A stretch of 64,000 nt of DNA, taken from the NCBI GenBank assembly GCA_977862235.1, contig OZ374558.1, forward strand, positions 3,472,001 to 3,536,000, read 5' to 3'. The position numbers and the translations under genes were made by a program. Under the pieces are notes generated by a model. That model was not told where the DNA came from and did not search any database. It saw only the letters and a list, made by a program, of their open reading frames with translations. The stretch's first letter is position 1; each line of letters begins with the position of its first letter. This stretch comes from Dudresnaya verticillata (taxonomy: Eukaryota). Shown piece after piece: positions 1-13,149 of this stretch.

Positions 1-1313
1 GGTATACAGCTTTTCCCAAATTCTTCTTTCTTTGTTCCCGGTTGACAGCCGACTGGCTCACAGGAAGCACCCCAGAACGTACGGAATCTGAAGCCAAGAG
101 GGCAACCAGTTGAAATTGCTACACATGCGGATGCTTCATTGAAAATATCGAAGATTGGAGCAGTTCCTTCTGGACAACGTTTGCACGAGGTTGCACCGGC
201 CTTACTAGCGACCAATCCAAACGGACAAGGGGTACAAGATGGACTTCCCGGCTTGTCCGCGAAGAAACCAGGGTCACACTTAATGCAGCCCTTCCTTCCT
301 CGAAGTTCGGAGTTTGCAAAGTTGCCACCGAATCCAGCGGGGCATGGCTTGCAAGTGTTCTTTCCCTCCAGAAAGAAACCTTTAGGGCATCGGCATAGAC
401 GATTATCGAAATCGGGCACCAAGCCTTTGTCGCATACGACGCACTTCTCCTGCAGCCTCCCTTTGCTCACACTACCAGGAGGGCACCTCTCGCATTGCAG
501 GAGTTTGTTGTTCTTGAAGAAGCCATCATCGCACTGAATACATGCTCCTTTCTTCGTCTCGAAGTAGTTTTTTGGACATGGAGCATCGGGCTGTCGGCAG
601 ATGTCTGAGCCCCGCCCCGATACCAGTCCAGTACGACACGGCAGGCAGACATTGAATCGAGCGCGTCTAGTGCTGATTGTCTTAAACTTGCCAGCACTAC
701 ACTTTTTGCAAGACTTAGAACCTTCAGGGGCACTCTCACCCGGGGGACATCTTTCGCAAAAGCCCTCTCTCCCAGGCTTAAAGCGACCATCAAAGCAAGG
801 GGAACAGTCCAGGCCACTTTTTCCAGGTGGGCATGTAGTGCACTTGTTGATACTGTCGGAACCCTTTGGTCCCGTGAGGGGGAAGGGGCAATCCTCGCAT
901 CGCCTGTTGTTGGTAGAGTTACTATAAGTCCCTCTTTCACACGGCGTGCAACCGCGACCGCCTCTGCCAATCTCCGTTCCTGGGGCACACTTGATACAGG
1001 CTGTAGCGCCGCGATTTGCAATGAGACCTGGAGGACAGGGTTGGCATTCTGTGGCTCCCTGATTCGGATTGAAAGTATCCTCAAGGCACAGGCGGCAAAC
1101 GTCTTCGTCTGGAGCGGCTGGGAAGGGATTGAAGGTCCCGGGAGGGCACTTGACACAACGAGTGTCGAAATCGGTGCTGTAGGTTCCCGGGGGGCAATCC
1201 TGGCACTTGCCGTCAACGAGCTCCTTGCCCGGGCGGCACTCTTTTTGGGCATAGGCAGCACTCAGTGCGAAAAAGATGAGAAGTGACGGAAGGGGCAATC
1301 GTAGCAGGGTCAT
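1..1313 (-). CDS. Secreted Cys-rich repeat protein (GCC2/GCC3 / ephrin-receptor-like CxxCPxG repeats), partial, runs off window start
   Basis: Hand translation from ATG at 1313 gives MTLLRLPLPSLLIFFALSAAYAQKECRPG..., a hydrophobic signal peptide followed by repeated CQDCPPGTY, CVKCPPGTF, CQPCPPG, CIKCDPGFF, CTPCPFG. No stop in 437 codons to base 1. Absent from the ORF track because it has no stop in the window. Confidence 0.85.
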   Translation of the reverse strand, partial: MTLLRLPLPSLLIFFALSAAYAQKECRPGKELVDGKCQDCPPGTYSTDFDTRCVKCPPGTFNPFPAAPDEDVCRLCLEDTFNPNQGATECQPCPPGLIANRGATACIKCAPGTEIGRGGRGCTPCERGTYSNSTNNRRCEDCPFPLTGPKGSDSINKCTTCPPGKSGLDCSPCFDGRFKPGREGFCERCPPGESAPEGSKSCKKCSAGKFKTISTRRARFNVCLPCRTGLVSGRGSDICRQPDAPCPKNYFETKKGACIQCDDGFFKNNKLLQCERCPPGSVSKGRLQEKCVVCDKGLVPDFDNRLCRCPKGFFLEGKNTCKPCPAGFGGNFANSELRGRKGCIKCDPGFFADKPGSPSCTPCPFGLVASKAGATSCKRCPEGTAPIFDIFNEASACVAISTGCPLGFRFRTFWGASCEPVGCQPGTKKEEFGKSCI

Positions 1314-2759
1314 TTTGGGCGGGAGGGTTTGGTCGGGGGCGCGGTGTGCCGAATGCGCTAGTTGCGAGGGACGGGGGTCCAGCTGCAAAACCCCTGTCCT
1401 TGGAGGCTTGGAAGGGTTGAAATAGTTGGTCAGCAGCTTGGAACATTTTGCGAGATACGCCGCGCATTGATAAGGATCTGGCTCTTTATTGCAAAAGATT
1501 GCATCGTTCTACTACTAGCAACCCACTTGAGTTCCATCCAGATGCTGTGAATACCGTTTCGGGCATGACATCGACATCATGTTGGTTGGTCGTTCCAGCC
1601 AGCGATGAATTCCTTGCAGGCTTTTTTGTCAATGCCTTCGTGGCTCAGTGGGTCACCTGTGCTCTTCAGGCCACACGTATGAAGCCACGAAACCGCACCC
1701 AAAGTGTTCTTACAGTATCTTGGCGTCTCATACACTCATCACATCACACATCTCGCTTTATGCTTTCAACTCCAGTTCATATGGGCTCGCGTGCAATGTG
1801 ACAGTTTGACATAAAAGCTTCCACCCTTCACGGTCTTGTTCTTGAGTTGTGTCCGTGATCCCGGGGATGTGCTGAAAGAAGCAGCAAGGTCTGTTCCGTG
1901 CGGGTAAAGCGTTACAAAAAGCACTCGACGCTGTTCTTGTGGTTGTGCGAGTTCGGAGTGTTCCGCTGCGACCTTCTTACAGTACACAATCCCAATTTCT
2001 ACGCCTTAACAGCAGCGCAGTGATCCCGTCGCCGTCCCTCACGGCCCACGTCATCGCATTCTTAGAATGTCCCATCTCTCAACGCCTGTCACCGCCGACT
2101 TCGCAACCCAACCCACGCTATGTGTATGCCAAGATGCCCACCTACTCCCGCCCACCTGCGCACAATAGACCCGCACTTTCTTCCTCCGACCGCACATGCC
2201 TTCTCGTCCTCCTACTTCTCTAGTTTGCCACATCTGGAAATAGCCCCAGGCTAGCCAAAGAACATATTCTGTGCCAACGCTTGCCGCGACCGTAGTGTGT
2301 CCCCATGCATCAATGCTTATCTCAACGTGCTGCATGCACGTCCACAGCGAGTTCGCTGCGTCCCGGATAGCCATGCTCGTCTGACACTCCGCGCTTGCAC
2401 GCTGCTGCCGGGCTAGGAGCCCAACTCATCCACACATTCATCCACCACCGAGACAAGCAACCACGACGATCTGATCGCACGAGACCTTCCCACCACCACC
2501 ACCCCGACCGGATTGGCCTCCCCGCAACAGCCCGCCAAAGCTGACTGACGATTGCTTTCGCCGACAATCACAATATTGCGTCGTCACGGGTCTCACTGCT
2601 TTGCTCACGATGCCCGGGGTTCGTTTCCATCTCTCCATTGGGCCTCCCCTCTCTGAGCCTTCCAGCTCTTCAGGCTCGGTGCGCACGGTACTAATAGTAC
2701 ACTAGGATAAACTTAAGGGAGACGGCAATAATACCATAAGTAAATCTTAGAGCAGAGAT

Positions 2760-3330
2760 ACAGTAATGCACGCAAGAGGAATCACAGTAGGTCTACGGCG
2801 ATGAGAAGCAATTACTGAAAGGTAAGATGAGCAATGCTTCCTATCACATTCAGGCAAAACTTTTCCTATCCAGTCTCTGCACTCCACTACACGCGCCCTA
2901 TCTAGGCGAACGGCTACAACTGAAGACTGCTGCTCCTGCGCGCAGGATTCAGCAAACATTTCACTCATGACCCAGTATTCAGACTCGAACATGTTTCTTC
3001 CAGTATCCCATAGTTGAATCATTCCAGCTACCACAGACAGACCAAAAGTGTTCCATCAGCATCAGCTGATGCACTTTCCGCATTGCATCGGTTCCCCGTG
3101 GGAGCCCTGGACGCGACATTCCAAGTTTCCGAATCCCACACACTAACCGAGCTGTCCGTGCCTTTCATCACTCGGGTGCCGTCTGCGTTATCTACAATAC
3201 CCTTAGTTACTCCATAATCAGCAGGTCCCTTACGACTAGTTCCTCCGACCGCTTGTCCCATTCAACTCGAGCCGCATTCTCAAGTGCCTCTGAAACCATT
3301 CGCGTCCCGTTGGCATTTGTCGCCATCGCC
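2760..3330 (-). pseudogene. Decayed WD40-repeat gene remnant
   Basis: Fragments in several frames resemble WD40 strands: NADGTRVMKGTDSSVSVWDSET, NANGTRMVS, ADGTLLV, IQLWDTG. Interrupted by stops and frameshifts. Confidence 0.6.
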
Positions 3331-4115
3331 GCCATCCAGTGCACAAGGCACTGCCCTCTAGTAGACTCTCCCGCTCTTCTCCATAGTCCCTTCCCTGTGT
3401 GATACATAGGACCTATACTACAACTAGACGAGCTCGCTGGTCTCCCGCCTACGCCACCAGTCACGCACACTGCTCACCATGCGCTGATTCACGTTCACCC
3501 CCTCGGATGAAAACGCGCAACACCACCAAGGCCGGACTGCAGGACATCGACTCACAGCAAAACGCGGCGCTTCTTCCACACCTTCGCCAGCCTGCGTGGA
3601 GTGATTACCTGCCCCGCCATCCACGCCGATCGGCGAGTAGAAGAGCAGTATAACCGAAGCGCAATGACGGCGGATGACCCAAGAATCCGCGCGAATCGCC
3701 GCTGCCGGCTTCGCTGGCATTGCGACCGGGCCTTTTCCTGCACCAGCTAGTACCGTTGCCGGAAATCCGGTCGCCCCAGGCGTGACCTACCACTTCTGGG
3801 TTATGCTACCGCACCAGACGCCCTTCGCAGCTCCCCATTTCAAGCATCTTGCAGGCACGGCACTACAAGGTGCATCCCTACCCAGTTCCGGTCTAGCAAG
3901 AGCTTTGTGTCCGTTGAGCAATGAAGAAGGTGCATCATCGAAGAAGCAGCAGGTCGAAGGGATGGGCGAGGGCCGTTGAGAAAAGAAGGCGGCGCAAGGA
4001 ATATGTAATACCTATTGTGCCGTCATGAGCTGCGTCGCAATAATGATTGTTGCAGGCAGTAAACGATGAGATATATTAAACGGCAACGACAAACGTATAC
4101 TATGGACAAACTCAA

Positions 4116-7100
4116 CTAGTGACTTTCTAGTTTCTGGAGTAGTGTGATTGCGGCTCGTTGAGCAAAATCCTCGTTCGACTCTTCGCGGTCATTCCGAATA
4201 CCAACAAACGAGCTTAAACGCCCGACCAAGTCAGCAATTTTCGTTGATGGCGATTGACTCTGTCGTTCGTATTCGAAAAACCCTCTCCTCCTGAAAAGAT
4301 CATTATTCTCTCCATGGATAACATCCATCGCCTTCTGACACTCTTCGACCGAGAGTTTGTAGAACAACGGGAAAATCAACGGAGGTTTCTCGCCTCTTCC
4401 AACCGCCTCATCTATCCGTTTGAAGAATTCTTCCAACTCTAGCATAGGCCACTTGCGAGCCAGGAACTCTGGTGACAGTATGAATATTGCAGCTCTGCTC
4501 CCTCGAATTGCAGCCATAATTTGGTCCTTATTCGTCTTTGTGGATACCTCGAGGCTTTTCTCATCTAAGAAACAACTGACCTTTGTGCCCATTGCATTCA
4601 TTACCGGCACGGCGAGGCACCCCTTCTCGCTCCCTGCGTGTCTGATAAATACATCGAAAGGTCTTGCAGCTAGTCGCACGTCAACAGGACAGGGGCCTGA
4701 GCCAGCACTTGCACCTTTGAGGATGTGCGGCTTCAATCGCTTGAAAGTCCAAAGCTGCTCGCAAACGCAAGTACCATCCGCTAGATCCAGTGGCTGGCAC
4801 TGCGTACTTGTTACCCAATTCCGACGGATACTCAACCGCACGCTACTGGAACTTCCACACCCCCCGCGCAATTCCTTAGGGCAGTCGGTGATCAGATAAT
4901 CTTTCCAGCTTACATTGCTCCTATGCAACGGCCCCTTCAAAAAACTTTCCATGCCCCGCAAACACTGGTGCGCAACCTGCAGCGCCTCAGCGGCATCCGC
5001 CCTTATAGTCCAGTCGATCCATCTCTTTTCTGGTATAAAGCGAACCACAACTCTGCATGCTCCCTCAAGGGTCAGGATGACGGCATCTTGACGAAGCTCG
5101 GGCGGTTTTGTCCGCTCTCTTCCAATGGTTCGGTGAAGGTACGCGATCAGTGACCCTGTCAGACTTGGCGGAATGGTATCAACAAACTCTGTTCTTAAAA
5201 TTATTTCACTCTCTCCCTCCTTTGTGTCACACGAGAACCCTTCCCAACCCTTTGGCAGCAGTGAAGGTATCCCGATTAGCTCGTTCTGTTCACCGTCCGC
5301 TCCTTCCACAGCCTGAAGGCGCATGAGGATGTCAAATTGACAAAGAATGTCAAGCATGACTTTTCGGACAGCCGATCGGTATTTACACCACAGTACCTCC
5401 AGTCCTTCACGGGGTATCAACCCATTCCGATAACCGTCTGCTTCATGCTGTCCCAGAGTCTGTAAAGTCCTTTCAAACTCTTTCGCTTCTTCTTCACCCA
5501 GTCTTTCTCGCATAAACTCAGCCGGGCCCGTGACCTGTCGAATAAAGTCCAGAATAACTGTTGGATCTGGGAACACGAACCATCCCTCGCCCGTCTGCAC
5601 TTCTACGATATGGCCCTGCTGACTCTGGAATTGGACGCATTTCTCAACGTCGGCTTCTCTCTCCTCCTTGTCACTAGAGAATCCGGGAAGTCTGGCACCA
5701 TGGCTCTGGACTTCTGTCATTACCAGAAAGACTTTTTGGCTTTCAGTGGCGTGCGACAAAATGGCTTCCCTGAGGGCAGCCCACCGAACTGGAACCTCTT
5801 CCCTTCCGTCAAGAATGTCTTCACTTGCTTCCTTGATAAACTTCTCTAGTTCCACAACGCCTGACCCGGCACGGTCTTGTTCAGCACTGCTGTTCTTGTT
5901 CTCGATGGCAACCCACCGACACTTGCATTTGTTAACATCACCCTTCTCACGTACCCAGTCATCGTAGACAGCCCTTCCGAGATGCTTTCGCAGTTTTTGT
6001 CGCAGCTGCTGAAACAAGTCTTCAGGGCTTTCAACTTCTGCCTTCCTGGTTCCCACCAGGATCACCCAAACATTTTTCGGGGTTTGCGAAGATGCATGTG
6101 CCATTTGCATCCAGTTGCATAGTTCTAACACTTCGTCCTCTTGGGTGACTTCTGACGCAAACCTTTTCAGATCTACCACGAAAACAAAAATGGAAGCGCG
6201 GCGGATGAAGATTGCGGGAACACTGAGGTACTCTGCCTGACCCCCAAGGTCCCAGCATTGCACCAACGCAGCTCGATTATCCACAGGAAATGAGGAACTC
6301 ATGAGCCCTTGCCGTGCTGCTTCCCAAATGGGAGACGCTTGGGAGTTTATAGACTGCGAAGCAGCAATGCTGGGCGGAGCTGGTGGTTGTTGAGCAGTGG
6401 TATGGCTGCTTGCCAATGTGTCTCCACTCTGGGGAACGGTCCTCTCGGTCGGAGGTCCACTCTGGGGAACGGTCCTCTTGGTCGGAGGAGCTCGGTTGGG
6501 CCAAGTGGGGAGTTTAAGGCGGAATCTTGCGGTGGATTTTTCACTCGGCCGCGATGATGCATCAGTTGCCGTGGGCAGCTGGAACAATGTAGCTCTTGAC
6601 ATGAGGGCATGCAAGGCCTCACTGTTGAAGGCGAGCTGGTTGACAATGTCATCGTCCAACTTGGGGCCGCCGGGGACGACAAGAGTGCGACTCAGCGACA
6701 CAAAGTGTGTCGGCTGGTGGGTGGCAACGAAGGGCATGGAGCGCAGGCTCCTTACCGTGCTCGTCTTGCCGCGTGCCGCACCGCCGAGAACAAGAAGAAA
6801 GCACTGCCGTGGCTTTGCTGTGGCGGTCTTGAGGGTGTTTTCAACAAGTGTGCTGGTGTCACCGATATGGTCGAGAAGGTATTGCGACCGGCTGCCGAAG
6901 ACTTTAAGCTCAAGAGGCGTTACCTGTTGATGCGCTGCTTGTTGATGCAGTTGGGCTGCTGTTTGCTCATCGCTAGCAACACCGACATCTCCGCGGCCAA
7001 GCAATGTGGCGAGCTCATAGAGTGCGATGCGGGTGCGATGGAGTTCGATTGAGCGTTGGAAGAGGCTCTTCGCGCGCGGCGGATCGCGCGCGTCTCCGAT

Positions 7101-7806
7101 ATGATTGGACAAAAGCGCTTGGCCCAACCAAACCATATAAATTGGGGCTTCCTCGTGACCGCTGTCGCAGGCGCGTTGGAGCAGTTCGACGCCGCGCGGA
7201 ACGTCTCGCGGAACATCGATTTCGCCGCTCAGCAGCAAATCGCCCAAAACGGCCATTGCGACGACATTTTCGCCCTCCGCGATGGCGCGGTCGAACAGCG
7301 CAGCGGCGCGCGGAGCGTCTTGTTCTTTAATAAAGGTCTCTCTCTCTCTCTTTGGCGACGCCGTCGCCATTTGCGAGGAGATTGCCCAAATTGATCATTG
7401 CGTTCACTTTCGCAAACTCTGCAACGGCTTGTTCGTACAGCGCTGCCGCGCGCTTTGTGTCTTTGACAAAATGGTGCCATCCTTCAGAGAGATTCCATCC
7501 GAGATTGTACAGCGACACCCCGCGCGGATCTCGCGCGTTGGCGCGCTCGACCAGCTCCGCGGCGCGGCGCTCGTCCTTGGGCACTCCCGCGGCACCTTCC
7601 TTCAGCAACAGTGCAAGGCCATGCCGCGCTTCGTCATGGTCGCCCTCATCAATCGCTCGCTCGAGCAAGGCGACGGCTTACAAAGGTAGAACAGGCCCTC
7701 CATCTGAAGCGTCCCAGTACGCAAAGGCGAGTGCAACCATGTCGTCGACGTCGGCATTGTCGTCGATAGCTTGGCGAAGGGCACGGCGCTGCGGTGTGGC
7801 CTCCAT
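4116..7806 (-). pseudogene. Sel1-ROC-COR-TIR gene copy 1 (type A C-terminus), disrupted
   Basis: Motifs: P-loop GGAARGKTS, CWDLGGQ, VPVRW, TIR FDVFIRHAG...WPMLELEE. Lesions: CAA>TAA stop at 7678-7680 in repeat 1 and a 31-bp frameshifting insertion at 7320-7350. ATG homologous to the other copies at 7806. Confidence 0.9.
7320..7350 (+). mobile_element. 31-bp insertion resembling the extreme 3' tail of a (TC)n-tailed non-LTR element
   Basis: ttgttctttaataaaggtctctctctctctc is absent from the paralogous site gcgtctttggc (19490-19500). Flanked by tctt/tctt. ataaaggtc matches the tail at 21647-21674. Confidence 0.7.
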
Positions 7807-8249
7807 GTCGGCAGGAGCGGGCGGTCAAGCGGGTGGAGACGGTTGGAGATGGGATGGTTGGGGTATGTGTCGGGAGCGGGTGCTCCAACCGCACGGCTCT
7901 ATTTATGCAGCGCGGCGCGGTGAAAAGGTAGCCATCCAAACACATCGTGTGGCCTGTCGAAGCTCCACGTTGTAGCACAACGACCGTCTTGTTGTCCCCG
8001 CCGCAGCGCTATTGTTCGGCTTTTGTCCCAACAGGAGAATCACCGAAGGACGGCTCACTTGGCCCTCCACAACGTTCTGATAAAAAAAACGTATGGCCGG
8101 CGCCGTCGCCTTATGCGAGCCCTAAGCGCAAGCTACATTTCGGGCCTGTGGCCGCTGGAGCGCATGAATTTGAGGGCCCCTGCACGTTGTACATGCGCCG
8201 AGAATCGTGCAATTGTGCCTATTATCTATCGGAGTGCATCCAACAGTAA

Positions 8250-8670
8250 GAGAGATGGGGGCCTTTATGGTCGGATTCGAAGGGCACTAACTAGGTCGCC
8301 CCGTCCACTCAAGGACCAAGGACGTACCTGAAGCGCAAGCCGACGGCGATTGATCGCCAGCGCTTGAAAGTGGAGAAGGCGAGAGAGAGAGAGATGCACT
8401 TTATTCAGCGCGATGCAAAAGAATATCGCGATATGGCCCAAGTAGCAATAGGCCACCAACGGAGTATGCTTAGACTTGCGAGCAAGCCCTTTGTATTGCT
8501 TCAGCAATAGCGTAAGCGCGCGATATTTGTGCACCCCGCCGTTCGTAGGGATGCGCGAGGCGTAGTCGCGAAGAAAAGGCGGCGCAAGGAAAGTACGGCC
8601 AAGCGATGGCCCGAGTGAACCATGTACACGCCCCGATGGTCCCGGAACTCGCAACTGCCACAGCCACAAC
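8250..8670 (-). mobile_element. Two abutting 3' fragments of CRE-like non-LTR elements
   Basis: 8250-8380 encodes FQALAINRRRLALQV plus 3' UTR ...cataaaggcccccatctctc, homologous to 21550-21674. 8381-8670 encodes SSGTIG...AIAEAIQRACS (RLE C-terminus-like) and ends aataaagtgca(tc)n. Confidence 0.65.
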
Positions 8671-9399
8671 AGCAACAACAGCACCACCACTTTCGCCATT
8701 GCGAAGGCAGCCACCGCAATGGCGAAAGCAGTCAACCGCTCTTAGAACAAACTCTGGCCCATTGAATGCTTTTTAAAGTGGCGCAAGGGAGAGAGCGCAG
8801 TACGCCTCCCCAAAGCCAATCTCCGGCCTCGCCCTGGATCTGCTGCGCATCCGAGCCCGGCCGTTCCGTCCTCTGAAGCACCCGCATTTCTCGGAGTCCA
8901 GACTCCGCCTCATCGCGTAATCCATCGACCTGGTCTTCCACATTCTTCACCGTTCGCCTCCTGTCGCAGACTTGAAACCAAGAAAATCACGAAAACAATA
9001 GTTCCGCCATCCATGCCGTTTCAGCAGATGCCCAAATGTATACACCGCTTGTTGTACCACGGGCTCTTTACGAGTCTATAGCAACCATAACTGCATTGCC
9101 GGATGGTAGGCGTTTCTAGCGCTTTGCTCAGGAACGGTGACCCACGCACTTTTGCCCAGACCGTGAGAGGCGGCCGATTTATACCCCCATCCTTTTCTTC
9201 GGATAGCCCTGTCGCCTACGATCTCAAGCGTTCAACAAACAGCCTTGTGTTCTGCAGATTAGAAAACGACAGCTCCTGTTTCCTTCCTCTCCCAGCAGCC
9301 CTTCTTCACCTCTTTAGGCGACCTCTAGAAAAGTCATTGAGCTCAAGTTTGATGAGAATTGACGAGGGCGAAATAGAAACCGGGGCTTCAGAGCTACGT

Positions 9400-10655
9400 A
9401 ATAAAAGGATATGTGCCAGCTACTGCTGTACAGGATTTTGGGTTTACTAGAACATCAACCCGGAAGGACGGTTGGTGTGGAACCTCCATGACATGCTGAC
9501 GGCTCTAGAGGTAACCCCAGAGCGGTTGTTGAAGATTGTAGAGTTTCTTTCGAAGCTCCAGAATGAAAAGCGTCTGTTTGCGCTAGTATTTGAAGACCCC
9601 AGCGGGGATGTGATACCGGACGAGATGGTTTCGTACATGCGGGCGGTGTGCGGGATTCCGGATGCATGCAGCTCGAATGACGGTAATCTGCTGGCGCACA
9701 TCCAAGAGAAGTGCGAGTTGCAGGCCACAAACACGCTAGAGTGTTTGGCAGCAGGGTGCGACGGGATGTGGAGCTGCCTGTCCGTGGAGGGTGTGGCGAT
9801 GGGGCACGCGTGCTCGACGATGGTGTTGATGAACTATGTATGGCTGGGGAATAAGAAGGTGCTGTCCAAATACCGGTGCCAGGAGTTTCGGAAGGCAGCG
9901 ATCGAGGTTACGCGGCCGACGACGCTGAAGGACCCGCACCCCAGCAGTGCTCGTACGGAGATCGGGCTCTGGGCCTTGTGTTTGAATCGAGCTCGATGGT
10001 GGGGCCGGGTTCAACATGGCAGAGTTTTTCGGGAAGCGCGAGCGCGAGACGAACCGGACGACGACGCTGGAGTCACCAAACATGGTCATGAACAGGCTCA
10101 AGTACTTGTTTGGTGGCGACGTTCAGTTTACGAAGGCAATGGCGCAGAAGATGCTGGCGCAGATGCTAGTGGACCTGAACGTGGATCGGAAGGAGCGACA
10201 AATGAGGAGGAGTACCAGAGCGCGATGGGACTGGCGGTGTTTTTCGACCTGTGCGGGGGCGGATGACGGGGATGATGAGCGAAGCGATTGCTCGCGTGCA
10301 GGTGCAGGACGCTCTCCACCAGCGGGTGACTGTGGATGCCCGGCAGATGTGGGACTTTTGCGACTCGAAGGAGGCGCGGAATCAGGACGGGGCGCTTGAC
10401 TTTGAGTCATTCTACCACGGGTTTCTCGCGCCGTACTTTGGGTGCTACCCGTGCACGGACACCAAGCAGGCGCTGGCCGAGATAGACATGGACAAGGATG
10501 GGGGTGTGGACTGGGAGGAGTTTCTTGTGTACGTCAAGTGGGCTCTTGCACAATACCTCGAGACGAGCGACGCGGACACGGCGATTGAGATCGGGTTGTA
10601 GAAGGGGTTGGTCTCGGGGATGAGGGACGTTAAGGTGGATAACCCGGAGATACAC
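9400..10655 (+). pseudogene. Frameshifted gene: putative DRE-TIM/HMGL-like region plus C-terminal EF-hands, copy 1
   Basis: EF-hand DMDKDGGVDWEEF and a degenerate NQDGALDFESF; LLAHIQE and EGVAMGHACS motifs. Coding signal jumps between three frames. Confidence 0.6.
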
Positions 10656-10689
10656 ACTGCATTTTACCAAAGTGTCCAGCTCCATTATC

Positions 10690-11580
10690 CCTTAATGCCA
10701 CAACTTGTGATTTCCAATGCATCCCGTAGCGGGTTGGCAACGGATCTCTTTTCCGCCCCTGCGTGGCTGATAAATATATCGTACGGCGTTACTGAGTCAT
10801 GTAGTTCAAAAGCGTAGTCGCCTGATCCCTGAGATACCCACTCAAGAATATGCGGCATCAGTTGTCCATACTTCCGCATTTTCCTTCTGCTTCGTCGAGT
10901 GCCAGGCATTCTTTAATCGAAACCCATTACCGAGGTATTGGCAACAACACACTTTTAGAGCAGCCGCAACCCCCCTGGATGCTCAAAGGACAATCAGTAA
11001 CTATAAAATGATTCCAAGCTGCGCTACTTCCGTGCGGAGGTCTTTTCAAAACATCTTGCATAGCTTTCAGATATTGTTGAGCCACCTTCATCGCTGAGAC
11101 GGCAACAATCGCACCTGATCGTCCACACAATCCATCAAAGTACACAATTATGGTTGAATCCGGGAACACGTACCACCCCATACCACGCTGGTCAGAACCT
11201 CCACTATATGCGCTTTTTGACCCTGAAATTGAACACATTTCTCAACGTCTGCTTCTCTCTCCTCCTTGTCACTAGAGAATCCGACAAATATGGCAGCATG
11301 GTGCTGGATTTCTGCCGTTGTCATAAAGATTTTTTTGTTTTCTGTAGCCTGTGGACAAAATATCTTCCCTGAGGGCAGCCCACCGAACGAGAACCCCTTC
11401 CCTTCCGTCAACAATTTCGTCACTCGGATTGTCTTCTCCAGTTCCGCAACGCCTCTAACCCAGCACGGTCTCGTTCAGCACTGCTGTTCTCGACAATAAC
11501 CAATCGAAACTTGTTCTTATCGACATCACCCCGGGACCCTTTCACAAACCCAATCATCGTAAAAACCCCGAGATGCTTTT
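10690..11580 (-). pseudogene. Decayed, internally deleted type B ROC-COR-TIR fragment
   Basis: SVTPYDIFISHAGAEK, GFSSDKEEREADVEKCVQFQGQ and ENSSAERDRAG are homologous to copy 2, with deletions and frameshifts. Confidence 0.85.
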
Positions 11581-12389
11581 GCTCTCGGAGAAACGATGAG
11601 GAACGAGCTACAACTTTGCGCATGGCAATTAGAATCGAGGTGACGTGCGACACTTTATGTCCGCCATTGCATGCGGCCACAACTACAATTCTGTGAATTG
11701 ACTCTCCCTTCTGCCTTGAAGATGTAATACCGGTTCTTCTGCGTTGTACTGCTTCTCCCGAGTTGGCTCGCGGACCTGTTCGTTCTTCAGCACAGATGCC
11801 TTTTTTACTAGAGCTCCCAACTTCGGCTCTATTTATGCTCTCAACTCGCTGGTGCTCTTCCAATCTACGTCGCTGTCTCAAATGCAACGGTCCCTCTAAA
11901 TGCAAATAGTAAATGCTAGCTCGACGGTAAAGCGTCGTATATCTCATCTGTCGTCCGCCATGTCATGAGTAAATTCATTTCCAGCTCGACCACCTTGTCC
12001 AACATCCATAGCTGTGTTGCTTAGCCAACATCAATTCACGATTCATCCTACTTTCTAACAAAGAGCACAATTACAATAATTCATAGCATTAGTACCGTAC
12101 TGTAGCATTTGTAGCTAGTGCTGGCATTCGTGATGTATTAATCCAATGGCTTGGCTTACGTAGCTATCAATTCACTGAGTTACAAAAAACATGAACAACG
12201 GGCTCTAGGACAATGGCTGCAAGCAATAACATTGTAAATTATTGTTGCACCAATACTCTCCCCTTCGGTATAACCGCCATCATGCCCCAGTAACATCTGC
12301 AGAATATGCCTACGTCGTGCAATAAGTTTGCAATAGACTTAAATAGTGCGAAGGAAGCATGGGGATCCATGTTAACGTTTGTGTAATGC

Positions 12390-12610
12390 GATGTCAAACC
12401 TGTTCATTCATTTTGAGGAATATTATAGCTTCAAAAACTTGGTGGTCATCGCCTTGCGATTGTCGGTTAGCACGTGCTCCGCAATGCTCCTGAGCCGGTC
12501 AACCTCGGCAACGGATCCAATAATAAAGTTGCAGTTGATAAAAGGATCTAGTTTCCAGGGTACCTTTCGCTTCTTGGCTAAATGCTGAATGATCGATGAC
12601 TTGCAAATTA
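12390..12610 (-). mobile_element. hAT-family transposase C-terminal dimerisation domain remnant
   Basis: Minus-strand translation IIGSVAEVDRLRSIAEHVLTDNRKAMTTK / FEAIIFLKMNEQV (one frameshift) fits the hAT pattern SxxxxERxFS...R..M....E...FLK.N. Embedded in AT-rich DNA. Confidence 0.65.
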
Positions 12611-13149
12611 TAAGTCATGGTGCATCATCGACGACGATGATACTGTTGGCGAGAAAGCAGACCTGGCAACTTGTTAGTGATAAAGTAGCAATGATTTGGT
12701 ACTATGTAATTTACAGCATGGGGCTAGAAAACGCTATATTCTCGGGATCAACTCTAGAGATACCGCTCCCCCGCAAACCCGAACATATGGTTATATATAC
12801 TGCTTTTAGCAACAGGGCTTCTAATATTACCACTTAACCCAATAGGTATTACAATATACATTGTCACTGCAATAAGAATTGCAATTTGCTATAATATCAG
12901 CAACTCAATATGCCATTGCTATTGTATATTGCAATATATTGCTACTGCTATTAATTGCACGACAGCCCTGGTCACCAGCCCTGACGCGACGCTTCTGCAA
13001 CTTTCTGCGCTTCTTTTCCTCTTCTTCCCCTCTTTTTGCCCTTCTTTTCTGTCCTTTCTGTCCGTTTTCTGCAACCCATCCGACGTTATTAACCTTTTAT
13101 CCTGTCCTGTAAGACAGCCATGGCAGGGATCAAACAGATACCTACCTTT

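Noticed and set aside
467..1261. 264-aa ORF from the track
   Set aside because: Shadow frame of the real Cys-rich gene.
7320..7350. 31-bp insert as a micro-intron
   Set aside because: No GT donor on the coding strand, and an independent upstream stop also breaks copy 1.
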